Positions 25,469 to 35,497 of a DNA stretch of 64,000 nucleotides are shown here, one piece after another. The stretch lies in IMG/VR virus record IMGVR_UViG_3300035676_000001; one strand, written 5' to 3'. How positions within the stretch are numbered: position 1 is the first letter of the stretch; each line of letters starts with the position of its first letter. This stretch comes from a virus. Lineage: Duplodnaviria; Caudoviricetes. The notes under the pieces were generated by a model that was not told the origin of the DNA, did no database searches, and saw only the letters and a program-made list of their open reading frames with translations. Both the position numbers and the translations under genes were made by a program.

Positions 25469-27195
25469 TACTCTTGTGCTTGTGAGGACATCATACGCGA
25501 AAAACCTTTGACTTTCTCGAACCGTAGGACAGTTTCAAATTTGTCATGTAGGTCTGCCTTATGAGAAATCACAAAGATATTAGCATCCTTAATCACATAA
25601 CGAATAATCTTAAGAAACTCATCAGTTCCAAATCCATCAAGTGAAGAATCAAAGACCTCATCCATAATCAGCAGATTAGTATTGACGGAATTTTTGACTC
25701 TCGCAACTTCTCTCCAAGTGAAGAGTAGGGCAAGGTCGATTCTCATTTTTTCACCCTCACTAAAAGAACTATAAGAAAAGTCTTCGTGAATGGGTGATTT
25801 TACAGTTTCGTTGAACTCTTCATCAAGATGGAAGTTAATATAAAAATCCATCATCTGAAGATAACGATTCACCTGCTGATTTATGAACGGAAGATACTTC
25901 TTGATTATCTTCGTTTTTACGCCATCGTCCTTGAGTAAGGAGTAGGCAAAATCGTAATAAACGATTTCTTCTTTTTTCTTTGAAAGGTCTTCGAATGTTT
26001 TTTGGAGATTTTCCCGAAATTCTTCTAACTTTTCATGTTCAGTATTTCGGTTTTCAAGTTGTTCGGTAATAGTTTGAATTTCAGATTCAAGGTCTCGAAT
26101 TTGCCTCTGGTTGAGGGATATCCGAGTATTGTTTTGAGAAATCTCATGGTTGAGTTTCGTAATCTCCTTTGATAGAACTGTGAATTGACGCTCTCTCTCT
26201 TCCTCAAATTTTATAGTCTCCTCAAGTTCTTGAAAACCTTTCTGGAGTTCCTTTGCCTTATTTTGAGCGTCTGCAATTCTATTTAACCGAAACTCATCTT
26301 CAATCGTTTGAGTGCAAGTAGGGCAGACCGTATTCTCTGTGAAAAACTTATGCTCTTTGGTAATCACAGATACTTTCTGCGATATTTTGCCCTTCAGATT
26401 GTTTAGCTTTCTCAACTTATCATCAGCACCAAGCACTTCCTCTTGTTCTTTTGTGCGAGAAAAAACTTCTTCTTCAGTTCTACCACTCTGAGTCATATAA
26501 GCATCGACTTCTTTCATCAATTGGTCGATTTTATTCTTACGATTCTCAATATTTTCCTTACCACGATTTTCAAGTTCATCGATGAAGTTTTGCTGCATCT
26601 TCATCTTATCCTTGAGAGTTTCTTTACGAACATCAAGAGATTTCACTTGGTCTTTTTGGACACGAATCTTTTCTTTGATGAGAGAGTTCATCGCAGAGAA
26701 AATACGAATATCCAGAAGGTCCTCAATCACTTCTCTACGATGTGCCGTAGTCAGTTGCATAAAAGGTACAAATGTGCTAGAACCCAGAATCACAATCTGA
26801 GTAAAAGACTTGTAATTGACCTTGAGAATATTCTCTTCAAGAATGCGTTGATTTGCTCTGTCGTCTGCCTCCTTATGAAGGGGAACGCCATTCACTTCAA
26901 TATCAAAAATATTTGGTTTGATACCACGACGAACCAAATAATCCCGACTATTCACCGAAAACTCAATTTCTACACAACAATCTTTTTCGTTGGTAGTATT
27001 TACAAGTTGAGGTTTGTTAATCTTCCTGAACGGTTTGTTGAAAAGAACAAAAGTAAGTGCATCCAGCATCGTGGATTTTCCAGCACCATTTGTTCCAATT
27101 ACAAGATTGGTATGACTTTTTTGAAAATCAATCTCACTCCACTGGTTCCCAGTTGAAAGAAAGTTTTTCCACTTAATTTTTTTGAAGGTTATCAT
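25468..27195 (-). CDS. gp46: Recombination exonuclease ATPase subunit (SbcC/Rad50-like)
   Basis: GTNGAGKS, CPTC hook, FSEGEK signature, MDEVFD. Confidence 0.96.
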   Translation of the reverse strand: MITFKKIKWKNFLSTGNQWSEIDFQKSHTNLVIGTNGAGKSTMLDALTFVLFNKPFRKINKPQLVNTTNEKDCCVEIEFSVNSRDYLVRRGIKPNIFDIEVNGVPLHKEADDRANQRILEENILKVNYKSFTQIVILGSSTFVPFMQLTTAHRREVIEDLLDIRIFSAMNSLIKEKIRVQKDQVKSLDVRKETLKDKMKMQQNFIDELENRGKENIENRKNKIDQLMKEVDAYMTQSGRTEEEVFSRTKEQEEVLGADDKLRKLNNLKGKISQKVSVITKEHKFFTENTVCPTCTQTIEDEFRLNRIADAQNKAKELQKGFQELEETIKFEEERERQFTVLSKEITKLNHEISQNNTRISLNQRQIRDLESEIQTITEQLENRNTEHEKLEEFRENLQKTFEDLSKKKEEIVYYDFAYSLLKDDGVKTKIIKKYLPFINQQVNRYLQMMDFYINFHLDEEFNETVKSPIHEDFSYSSFSEGEKMRIDLALLFTWREVARVKNSVNTNLLIMDEVFDSSLDGFGTDEFLKIIRYVIKDANIFVISHKADLHDKFETVLRFEKVKGFSRMMSSQAQE

Positions 27196-27454
27196 TCTTT
27201 GGAGGAATTACGATGTCGTCAGGGGTAATCACAGCATACTTGTAATTATACAGCTTACAAGTCTTTATAGCAAGCTCGTCATCAACTTCTACAACTTCCA
27301 TTTCTTTCTGGTAGTCTTCGTCGTCTTCGAGCATCAAAGCATATCTTACAGCATCATCTTCTTCCTCAAAAAGAAAAAGGACTTTTTCTCCGTATTGGTC
27401 TTGAACGGCATAAGCACCGTCATCTTTCCTATCTTTAAGAGTGAGAAGATACAT
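27173..27454 (-). CDS. Conserved hypothetical protein
   Basis: ORF track; lies between gp47 and gp46. Confidence 0.78.
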   Translation of the reverse strand: MYLLTLKDRKDDGAYAVQDQYGEKVLFLFEEEDDAVRYALMLEDDEDYQKEMEVVEVDDELAIKTCKLYNYKYAVITPDDIVIPPKNDNLQKN

Positions 27455-28491
27455 TACTCAACTTCGCAAGCTTGTTTGTATAGGTCTTGAAATATTCCTT
27501 TGATGATATTCTTATCAAATCCAAATTCGGATTCATCAATATAACGATTCAGAATTGAAATAGTATTCTCTTCCTCATCAACTTCAAACTCTTCACTTTC
27601 TTGAATTTCAAAGTTCTCAATAATCTTGAGTTCTTGAACACCTGCAGTATAAAGTTTATCAATGAACTTTTCAAAATCTTTTGGTTTGGTTTTTTTACGA
27701 ACGATTACCTTAACGATTTTGTTTTCATATTCAGTTGCATTAAAGAGTTTGTAATTGGTATCCTCATAATAAAGATTATAGAACAATTTATAAGGATTAT
27801 TAACTGGAGTATGAGTAAGAGTTTCAGTATCAAAGATATGAAATCCACGAGTATCATTCACATCATTCCAATACATCTCATAAGCATTTCCTAAGTAATA
27901 AATCTTACCATTATCGGAACGAGTATGATAGTGTCCAGAAAATACTTTTGTAAATTTATCAAAAATATTTGCATCCATTCCATGCTCTTCCATAATCAGA
28001 TTACGATTCACACGAAAACCTTTAAGTTCTAAGTGTCCCATCGCAATCTTTGCTTTGGACTTCTTGATTTGATTGAGAGTTTCATCATAGTTCTCACTAC
28101 AAATCCAGGGCACCATCATAATATCCAGACCACCAACTTTAATGGTTTGTGGAGAGCTATAAGTCCGAATATTAGGATAGGTCTGAAGAAGCAGACTTGG
28201 AGAATTGACGCTATTGGTATTCTTATAGTAACAATCGTGATTACCAATAATCATATGAACCTCATAGTTTCTCATAGGTTCAAATACAACTCTCTTTGCC
28301 CATTCCAGACTTTGATAATCAATTGACTTACGACTATCAAAAGCATCACCCATATGAATGACTGCTTCTACCCCGTGCTCTTCAAGGGCAGGAAAGAAGA
28401 CATTCTTATAGAAGAGTTCAAAGTGGTCGTGGAGATACTTGGAACCCTTCCTTGCCCCATAGTGAGTGTCTGTGATAATGGCAACTTTCAT
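27454..28491 (-). CDS. gp47: Recombination nuclease subunit (SbcD/Mre11-like)
   Basis: DTHYG, GDAFD, GNHD, GHLE, SGHYH. Confidence 0.96.
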   Translation of the reverse strand: MKVAIITDTHYGARKGSKYLHDHFELFYKNVFFPALEEHGVEAVIHMGDAFDSRKSIDYQSLEWAKRVVFEPMRNYEVHMIIGNHDCYYKNTNSVNSPSLLLQTYPNIRTYSSPQTIKVGGLDIMMVPWICSENYDETLNQIKKSKAKIAMGHLELKGFRVNRNLIMEEHGMDANIFDKFTKVFSGHYHTRSDNGKIYYLGNAYEMYWNDVNDTRGFHIFDTETLTHTPVNNPYKLFYNLYYEDTNYKLFNATEYENKIVKVIVRKKTKPKDFEKFIDKLYTAGVQELKIIENFEIQESEEFEVDEEENTISILNRYIDESEFGFDKNIIKGIFQDLYKQACEVE

Positions 28492-28964
28492 CGGTTACTG
28501 CGATACTGGATATTGTCCTTCATCGTATTATAGTCCGAACTGCTGCCTGAAAGCAAGCTATCGTCAATCATCATTACCTCATCAAACCCAGTGCGTTCGA
28601 TAATCTTTGTCTTAATTTCTAATTGCTTTTTCTCCTTCTGAATACGGCGGAGAAATGCATAGTGAATAATTTGTGTAAAATAAGCAAAAGGATTTTGAGA
28701 CTTCTCTGGATTGAAATTATGAATGTACTGCACACAATTTTCAATACCATCAGAAATCATATCCTCACGGAACATATAATTCACAAAGTTTGGTTTATAT
28801 GATAAATGAGTCGCAATCTTCAGAAAACACTCTCCCAAGTAATTTGTAATACGCGGTTTAGGAAGACCTGCTTCTTTAGCGGCAGCAACCTTAGTACGAT
28901 ATACAATTAGTGCTTCTAATAATTCTTTGTTATTTACATAGTGTTCTGATTTCTTCTTGGGCAT
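28488..28964 (-). CDS. gp55: Late sigma factor
   Basis: HYVNNKE...KIATHLSYKPNF.NY...NPFAYFTQI. Confidence 0.95.
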   Translation of the reverse strand: MPKKKSEHYVNNKELLEALIVYRTKVAAAKEAGLPKPRITNYLGECFLKIATHLSYKPNFVNYMFREDMISDGIENCVQYIHNFNPEKSQNPFAYFTQIIHYAFLRRIQKEKKQLEIKTKIIERTGFDEVMMIDDSLLSGSSSDYNTMKDNIQYRSNR

Positions 28965-28996
28965 AGCATCGGACTCATTAAATATATGATTTACTT

Positions 28997-29025
28997 ATTA
29001 TACCATACATTCGGGGGCTTGACAA
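28997..29025 (-). promoter_or_regulatory. Sigma70-like promoter TTGTCA-N17-TATAAT for gp55
   Basis: Perfect -10, 17-bp spacer. Confidence 0.8.
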
Positions 29026-29047
29026 GATATGAAAATATGTGTAGACT
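29019..29047 (+). promoter_or_regulatory. Divergent sigma70-like promoter TTGACA-N17-TAGACT
   Basis: Perfect -35 overlapping the gp55 -35; points antisense into upstream genes. Confidence 0.55.
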
Positions 29048-29073
29048 AGGTTTGTCTCCGTTGAAGATAAAAA

Positions 29074-29487
29074 CTAGCTTTCTTTAAGACCTTTAAAGAG
29101 CTCTTCAAGTCTCTTACGAGCATCTTTTACTGAAGAGATATATCCCATCTTTTCAGAAGGTTTAACGGCACCACCACCAGGTTTATATACTTCTATTGAA
29201 TCATCATCCTCAGAGAGATATTGATTATAAAGTTCTATAACTCTTTCATCTCTAGATTCAGTCATAGTAATAACTTTATCAAGTTTGATTAAAAAGATAT
29301 CATCACTTGCTATTTCCATCCAAGGTTTAATCTTCACATAAGATGTTGGACCATTGTGAAGCACCTTCATTACAACAGGATTTTGTAGCACTATAATAGG
29401 ATCTCCATCATTCTCATCTATAGATACTAGAGAGAATATTTCTTCACCTGATGTAAGTTTTATAATAGAGTAAAATTCGTCTCCCAT
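29074..29487 (-). CDS. Conserved hypothetical protein
   Basis: MGDEFYSIIKLTSGEEI...KPWM pattern. Confidence 0.8.
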   Translation of the reverse strand: MGDEFYSIIKLTSGEEIFSLVSIDENDGDPIIVLQNPVVMKVLHNGPTSYVKIKPWMEIASDDIFLIKLDKVITMTESRDERVIELYNQYLSEDDDSIEVYKPGGGAVKPSEKMGYISSVKDARKRLEELFKGLKES

Positions 29488-30950
29488 TAGTTTTTAAGAG
29501 GTATGTTTACAATATCGTAGTTAAAGTTTTCTTCATTATAAATTTTAATTCTTTCTATTAAGTGATTGAGTGTATAATTCTTTCTTGATTTATAACTAAT
29601 ATCATCGGCAATATCATATAAAGTTGCTTTTACTTTACTTTCCCCTTTCCTAAGAACTCTTCCGATAGATTGGAGATTTCTAATTCTCGATTTCGATGGT
29701 GACGCAAACACAACATTATGTAAGTTGCGAATATTGATACCGGTAGAAAAAGTTCCATAGGATGCTACGATAATTGCGTTATTTTCTTTCTCTGTTATTT
29801 CACGAACCTTTTCTCGTTCTTCAGTATCCACTCCACCGTGAACAAAGAATACATGACGGTTATCATGCTTGCTACTATTTATGAGTTCGTATAAAGGTTG
29901 TCCGTGACCTTCTACTCTACTGAAAAGAATTAAAGTATTTCCTTTTAAGTCAAGAGCAAGATTACGAATAAATTTGTTTCTTCTTTCGTGTCCGATAATA
30001 TACTGAACCTCATCTTCAAAAGTCTCAAACTTATTCGGTGGGTGTTTCAATAGAAGAATGTTGATATCCAGTTTTGCAAGATGACCTTTTTGCATCAGTT
30101 CATCCGTCTTGATAATCTTGTAAGAAGGACCAAATAATCCTTCTAGAACCCACTTGTGAGTTTGGCTACCATCTAGTGTTCCAGTAAATCCAAAGCGATA
30201 TTTTGCATCACAGAGTTTTGTCATTATAGATATTAATGACTTGGATTTAAACTGGTGTGCCTCATCTCCAACGACTACATTAAATCTTGCAAAATACTGC
30301 TTAGGCAATTTGTAAATACTTTGCCATGTAGTAATAATGACTTGGGAATTGGTTTCCCTCTCCTTTCCCGCATAGATTTTGTGACAGTATGAACCAACAT
30401 CCCACCCGTAATCTGCAAAATCTTTATACATTTGTTCTACAAGGGAAGTCGTTGGGACAACTATCAGAATATTTTGCTGCTTCTCAACATAATATCTCAC
30501 AACAGAATATATCATTAATGACTTTCCAGAAGCAGTTGGAGATATCAATAACTTTCGATTATGTCGCAAAGCGTCGTATACTCCCTCAACTTGGTAATCG
30601 CGTGGGGCGTGCCTACTGATAGCAGTCATATAATCTTTCACACCTTCTCTTGAGATGTTCTCATTTACCTCAAAAGGTAATCCATAGAATTTATTATTTC
30701 TAAATTCGTATGTATAGTTGTGATCTTCACAAAATTTGATAATTCTATCTAAGAGTCCAATGTAAATCTCACCTGTTTGTGTAGAGAACAGGCGAATTTT
30801 TCCGTCCCAGTATTTGTTGCGAAACTGGGGGCTGAATTTTGCATTTGGAACATCAAAAGTAAATTGGTCTTGAAGTTCATAATATACATGAGGTTCTGCT
30901 TGAACGTGGAGATAGACCTCATTCTTTTTTGATATTACCAAATGAGACAT
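29487..30950 (-). CDS. uvsW: DNA helicase UvsW
   Basis: SPTASGKS, GDEAH, GFTGT, QSIGR.LR. Confidence 0.95.
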   Translation of the reverse strand: MSHLVISKKNEVYLHVQAEPHVYYELQDQFTFDVPNAKFSPQFRNKYWDGKIRLFSTQTGEIYIGLLDRIIKFCEDHNYTYEFRNNKFYGLPFEVNENISREGVKDYMTAISRHAPRDYQVEGVYDALRHNRKLLISPTASGKSLMIYSVVRYYVEKQQNILIVVPTTSLVEQMYKDFADYGWDVGSYCHKIYAGKERETNSQVIITTWQSIYKLPKQYFARFNVVVGDEAHQFKSKSLISIMTKLCDAKYRFGFTGTLDGSQTHKWVLEGLFGPSYKIIKTDELMQKGHLAKLDINILLLKHPPNKFETFEDEVQYIIGHERRNKFIRNLALDLKGNTLILFSRVEGHGQPLYELINSSKHDNRHVFFVHGGVDTEEREKVREITEKENNAIIVASYGTFSTGINIRNLHNVVFASPSKSRIRNLQSIGRVLRKGESKVKATLYDIADDISYKSRKNYTLNHLIERIKIYNEENFNYDIVNIPLKN

Positions 30951-30975
30951 TCATAAAATATCAGTTACAAATATT

Positions 30976-31007
30976 TATTGATAATAAAAAAGAGGCATTC
31001 CTGCCTC
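30976..31007 (-). terminator. Terminator hairpin upstream of uvsW
   Basis: GAGGCA/TGCCTC stem with U-run on minus strand. Confidence 0.65.
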
Positions 31008-31728
31008 AATTTGCCAATTTTATCCCAGATATTCCGAATGATGGTCCTTCCCCAGGAGTGAATTTTTTCTTGTTTGATGATGAACCAACATTTGGAAGTG
31101 AGCTGCTACCTCCAGGTACTTTCGCAGTTTGATATCCAGTTCTTTGATTAATTGGACTCATTCCCGCTCTAGAGTAAATAGCACCTCTTTTGGCAGCACC
31201 TTCTGCATCACTTCTTGCTCTTTGTCCAGATGCTGCAATATTTGAGGGTTTATTTACTACAATATCACCTTGTTTTGCTCCAGCATCAATTGCTTTCTGC
31301 TTCACGCCCTTAATTGCTGATAAGAATGCTCTGGCTTTTTGTGATGGGGATAGTTTGGACTTTGCCTTTCCTAAGGTTACATCGTGGACTGCACCCTTTA
31401 TACCTTGTAATTGTTGTTTTAATCCTTTTACAGTTGAACGTACATTTTTTTCACCCTCTTTATACGCATTTTTAGCCACATTAGCGGCAAATGCTGATGG
31501 ACTTGAGTGAGTTCTAATATATGTTGGCACATCAGGTCCATTCTTCATTTTCCAATCGGTTGCAACCTTTGGATTTTGTACTGGTCCTCTTCCTCTAAAT
31601 CCTGCAATTGCCACATCTTTTCTCGCAGCACCTTCAGTTCCCGGAATGGGCATTGTTCCAGATTTGCGCGATGCTGATATTTGACGTAGTTCTCTTGCTT
31701 CTTCTAAGAATTCTTTGAAAGTTTTCAT
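31006..31728 (-). CDS. Basic late protein, putative capsid internal protein
   Basis: MKTFKEFLEE|A N-terminus; K/R/A/G-rich; CTAAATA at 31744-31750. Confidence 0.75.
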   Translation of the reverse strand: MKTFKEFLEEARELRQISASRKSGTMPIPGTEGAARKDVAIAGFRGRGPVQNPKVATDWKMKNGPDVPTYIRTHSSPSAFAANVAKNAYKEGEKNVRSTVKGLKQQLQGIKGAVHDVTLGKAKSKLSPSQKARAFLSAIKGVKQKAIDAGAKQGDIVVNKPSNIAASGQRARSDAEGAAKRGAIYSRAGMSPINQRTGYQTAKVPGGSSSLPNVGSSSNKKKFTPGEGPSFGISGIKLAN

Positions 31729-31746
31729 TCAACTTTTTATTTTTAT

Positions 31747-32178
31747 TTAGTTAAATCCTGATTGGAAACGATGCCATTCAATTGCATTCTTAATTTGATA
31801 TGTTCTGTTGGAAATTGTTTTAATGACTTCTTCAAGAAACTTGAGCATAATATCGTAGTATCTGATTTTAAGTTCTACTTTTGATAGTTTCTCATCGGCA
31901 GACATATATCTTTCAATAGCATCCTTTTCTCTTACCTTATAGGGAAATGGTTCTTCAGCATAAACTTCTAATGGTGCCTTTCCAGTGTAATAATTATAAC
32001 GCTCCAAACGAATCCGATTATGCATCTCTCTTGCTTTTTCACGAAGAAGAGTAATCGTATTATAGATGGTATAATATTTTGAATGAAGTTGTGGAATTTT
32101 TAAAGATTCATCGTGTAAGTTGTCAGGATCAATAACAGAATCTCTCTGCCACATTTCCTGAATTTCATCAAGATTCAT
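31747..32178 (-). CDS. uvsY: Recombination mediator UvsY
   Basis: IPQLHSKY...YYTGKA...NAIEW.RF. Confidence 0.9.
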   Translation of the reverse strand: MNLDEIQEMWQRDSVIDPDNLHDESLKIPQLHSKYYTIYNTITLLREKAREMHNRIRLERYNYYTGKAPLEVYAEEPFPYKVREKDAIERYMSADEKLSKVELKIRYYDIMLKFLEEVIKTISNRTYQIKNAIEWHRFQSGFN

Positions 32179-32741
32179 GTACTTGTAAATGGATAAAGTG
32201 GTTTGCCGTCTGTACCTAGTATATCATAAATGGTGTACTTGAAAGCCACCTCTGCCGTAAAATAATTAATATCCGTAACTGTTGAATCAAAATCCAATGA
32301 GGTTAGGGATACTGGGAAAAGATTTTTAAATTTTACAACTGCTGTTGAACCATAATTACTATTTAAAACATAAAGAGATCCATCACTATATGCTCTATCA
32401 TAATCCACAGTTCCATTCGCATCTCTAATTAAATCTCTATATTCCTCAAGACTTCCTGAACCACCAAAGGCGGTAATCCAGTTGTGAATCGCCATATAGT
32501 TCTCTAAATTTTCATCAACAAGAAATCTTAAGTTCAAATCTCCAAAGGTCATTTTTCCACCAGGTTGTGGAATATCATTTAGATAATCTGGTTGAATTAA
32601 TGTATTAAGAGTTATTTCTGGTATCTTAGCAGAATTGCAAAAGAAAGCAACCTTTGGATACTTTGCTAAAGTGAATTTGAATCCAGTCGGAGATAAAAAA
32701 TTGCGATTGGATATTTGATTAGCAAGGGCATTTGTTGCCAT
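32175..32741 (-). CDS. gp3: Tail tube terminator / tail completion protein
   Basis: NFLSPTGFKF...PGGKMTFGDL.LRFLVDENL.NY; position after gp23. Confidence 0.85.
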   Translation of the reverse strand: MATNALANQISNRNFLSPTGFKFTLAKYPKVAFFCNSAKIPEITLNTLIQPDYLNDIPQPGGKMTFGDLNLRFLVDENLENYMAIHNWITAFGGSGSLEEYRDLIRDANGTVDYDRAYSDGSLYVLNSNYGSTAVVKFKNLFPVSLTSLDFDSTVTDINYFTAEVAFKYTIYDILGTDGKPLYPFTST

Positions 32742-32762
32742 AATGTTTTATTTGTATTTAGA

Positions 32763-32792
32763 TAAAAAAAAGAGGGTCCCGAAGGACCCTCT
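32763..32792 (-). terminator. Major capsid terminator with C(UUCG)G tetraloop
   Basis: AGAGGGTCC-TTCG-GGACCCTCT plus U-run. Confidence 0.92.
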
Positions 32793-32810
32793 AGAGGAAT
32801 GTGAACTAAC

Positions 32811-34211
32811 TCACATAAGATTAGTAACCTTGACTCTTCTGTAGTAAACGTTAGAGTTGGTTGAGATGATACCAGGATCGCTGGTTGTAGCACCCTTAGC
32901 GAATGGGTTGGCGACCAGACCATATCTGGTCTTAAAGCCAATCTTAGGCTGGAAGGTTTGCTCACCAACGGCACGAACCATCTGGAGGGGAACGTATGGG
33001 CAGTAGAAGAGACCTGCATCATAAGGATTAGCACCCTTATATCCAACAACGTAGTACTGGTTAGCAGCAACGTTTGCCGAATATGGGTCGATGTAGACTC
33101 TAAACTTGCCTTGGAGAACACCAGCGAAGGTGTTACCAGTGTCGTCAACGTTCAGGTTAGCGTTGAGTGCAGGGGTGTAATCGAGAACACCAGCCATTGC
33201 AAGTGCTGAAGCAACGTCAGCAGAGCAAACGATGGTGTTGCCCTTTCCTCTACGAGTTTGCTGTGCAATTGCGTTTGCATCGCGCTCGATTTGGAAGATA
33301 AGACCCTTGAACTTCTCAACTGACCAACGACCGTTGGAGTCAACGTCGAGGTCAAAAGTACCAGCGGTAGCAGTGTTTGTCTGAGCACCAGGAACAGCAC
33401 TCTTATAGATGGTACGGATAACTTCGCGGTTGATTTCAGCGAGGATCTCGGTGCTGAGGATGTTAGCAAGCTCAGCTTCAGCGTTCAGACCGTGGATTGC
33501 CTTGAGGTCTTGAGCGAGTTCTAATGAGTACTCAGCTTTCAGAGCTCTTGACTTAGCGGTAACGGTAACCTTTTCAATCGAGAATGCCATCTCGTTGAAG
33601 TAGTTGGTGTTGCCGTCGCCAAGTGCTTCAGCATTACCAGTGGTCATCCCTTCGCCAACGTTGTACTGGTTAGCACCAGTTGCAGCGTTGGTGGTTTGAT
33701 CGGTTGGGCTGAGGATTGAAGGATTGGTTCCACCCTGAGCGGTAGTACCAAGACCAACAGAACCATCGATGAAACCTGCAGTCAGGTTACGGCTGTTGTT
33801 CTGACCAGAGAATGCAGAATCTACTTCGTTGTAGAAGGTTTCTGCACCAGACTGGTTGGTGTAACGTGAACGCATTGCGAAGATGAGTCCAGTAGGACCG
33901 TTCATTGGTTGAACGCCACAAATATCGTAGGCGATCAGGTTAGGCATCGAACGACGGATCAGTGAGATCAGTACGGGGTCGAAACCTGCGGTAGGTGAAG
34001 AAGCACTACCACCAAAACCACCGGTTCCAGCCGAGTTGGTTGGTGAAGCTTCGTAAAGGAATTCACGCTCTTCGCGGATTGAATTCTCTTGGTTCTCTAA
34101 CAGGATTGCGGTTACTGCTCTACGATGAGAATCTTTGATTGGATCAAGACCTTCATAGTCGAGGAGTGGTGCCCACTTCTCCTGCAGATGTTCTGCATTG
34201 AACATTTGCAT
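32811..34211 (-). CDS. gp23: Major capsid protein
   Basis: KWAPLLD, DICGVQPMNGPTGLIFAMR, SRALKAEYSLELAQDL, FQPKIGFKTRY. Confidence 0.98.
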   Translation of the reverse strand: MQMFNAEHLQEKWAPLLDYEGLDPIKDSHRRAVTAILLENQENSIREEREFLYEASPTNSAGTGGFGGSASSPTAGFDPVLISLIRRSMPNLIAYDICGVQPMNGPTGLIFAMRSRYTNQSGAETFYNEVDSAFSGQNNSRNLTAGFIDGSVGLGTTAQGGTNPSILSPTDQTTNAATGANQYNVGEGMTTGNAEALGDGNTNYFNEMAFSIEKVTVTAKSRALKAEYSLELAQDLKAIHGLNAEAELANILSTEILAEINREVIRTIYKSAVPGAQTNTATAGTFDLDVDSNGRWSVEKFKGLIFQIERDANAIAQQTRRGKGNTIVCSADVASALAMAGVLDYTPALNANLNVDDTGNTFAGVLQGKFRVYIDPYSANVAANQYYVVGYKGANPYDAGLFYCPYVPLQMVRAVGEQTFQPKIGFKTRYGLVANPFAKGATTSDPGIISTNSNVYYRRVKVTNLM

Positions 34212-34264
34212 TGGTTTTTACCTCTTTTTTTAAAACGTGTTAGTTTGACTGTATGATTTAAAAA

Positions 34265-35458
34265 TCACTTTTTAGAAACTCTTTGGAGAGTCTGAAGATA
34301 AGCACTCATTGTGCCGTTAACTGATTGACTTTGAGTATAATCAGTTGATTCAGACAGATTTTCACTAGCGTTTCTTTGAGTACCGGTATTTGTTGGGAAA
34401 TATGATTCCTTTAAAGTTACCAGTTTCTCACGATAGCTCTCTTCACTATCAAACTCAACATTTTCTGCAAGAGAAGCGAGTTTGTCCTTCTGAGAAAGTG
34501 CAAGACCCTCAGTGACTTCTGCAAAGACTACATCAGCAACTGACTCTGCTAATCTTCTATTAAGAGCAACATTTCTTTGAATTTGCTCGTTGAGTTTTTC
34601 TTCCATTTCATCAAGTTTATCTACCATGCTCTCGATGACATCATATCTATCTTCAGGGATTGTTACATAATGATCTTCAAAAAGACCCTTCATTCCTTGA
34701 AGGAATGATTCGGTCATTTCGGTCTTAAGACCGTGCTCAACTGCGAGTGCATTTTCAGAAATCCACTCGTCAGCAACATACTCAAGGTAAGCATCAACAC
34801 GGTCGGTAAGACCTTCTTTGATTGCTTCGATTTCTTCTACGAGTGTTGCCTCGTAAGAAGCCTGGAGTTGCTCTTTGATTTCAGCAACCTTAGTTTTGAT
34901 TGCTGCCTCAAAGATGGTGCGAGCCTTCTCTTGGAATTCCTCGGAGAGCTCCTCACCTGCAAGGAGAGCATTGACATCTTCTTCGATGTCAAACTCTTCC
35001 TTCATATCTTCTTCTTCATCTTCACCCTTCTCGTGACCCTTGCCTTCCTTCTTCTCACCCTTTTCTTTTTTGCCTTCCTTATGAGGAGCCTCACCAGGCT
35101 CTTCACCATCTTCCTTCTCTTCTGCTTCAGCAATCAGATCCTCTTCATCCTCCTCGGTCTCCTCTTTCATACCTTGACCAGGTGCCGAAACTGGAGTTGC
35201 TGAAGTGTGAGCAGCTTCTGCTGCTGAGGCTTTAGCATTAACTACGTTCTTGACCTGAGCAAGAGTTTTGCCAGGAGTGTTGAGTTTTGCTGAATCATCG
35301 TCTGTGCGATAATTTTCTGGAGTAGGACCACCTAAATCCTCCCAACCACCAGTTTGTCCAGGAGCAATTCCGGTGGACAACTTGTGCATTGGTTCGGCAG
35401 CTGCAGCCCCTTTGGTTACTACGTTTTCCATTTCTTGTAAATTTCTACCAACGGACAT
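34265..35458 (-). CDS. gp22: Prohead core scaffold protein
   Basis: Acidic; LSEEFQEKARTIFEAA, YLEYVADEW. Confidence 0.93.
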   Translation of the reverse strand: MSVGRNLQEMENVVTKGAAAAEPMHKLSTGIAPGQTGGWEDLGGPTPENYRTDDDSAKLNTPGKTLAQVKNVVNAKASAAEAAHTSATPVSAPGQGMKEETEEDEEDLIAEAEEKEDGEEPGEAPHKEGKKEKGEKKEGKGHEKGEDEEEDMKEEFDIEEDVNALLAGEELSEEFQEKARTIFEAAIKTKVAEIKEQLQASYEATLVEEIEAIKEGLTDRVDAYLEYVADEWISENALAVEHGLKTEMTESFLQGMKGLFEDHYVTIPEDRYDVIESMVDKLDEMEEKLNEQIQRNVALNRRLAESVADVVFAEVTEGLALSQKDKLASLAENVEFDSEESYREKLVTLKESYFPTNTGTQRNASENLSESTDYTQSQSVNGTMSAYLQTLQRVSKK

Positions 35459-35487
35459 TTTAGATTGATTGTGTTATAATCTATATT

Positions 35488-35495
35488 TATTTATA
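35488..35495 (-). promoter_or_regulatory. Late promoter TATAAATA for gp22
   Basis: Exact consensus. Confidence 0.8.
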
Positions 35496-35497
35496 AT

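Noticed and set aside
18860-25470. Visibly higher GC in the gp44-cobS-vWA block as foreign DNA
   Set aside because: Not quantified; the genes are normal for this group and host-adapted codon use in early genes explains it
32666-33148. 160-aa ORF bridging gp23 and gp3 (possible frameshift product)
   Set aside because: It runs through the strong UUCG terminator; no slippery site identified
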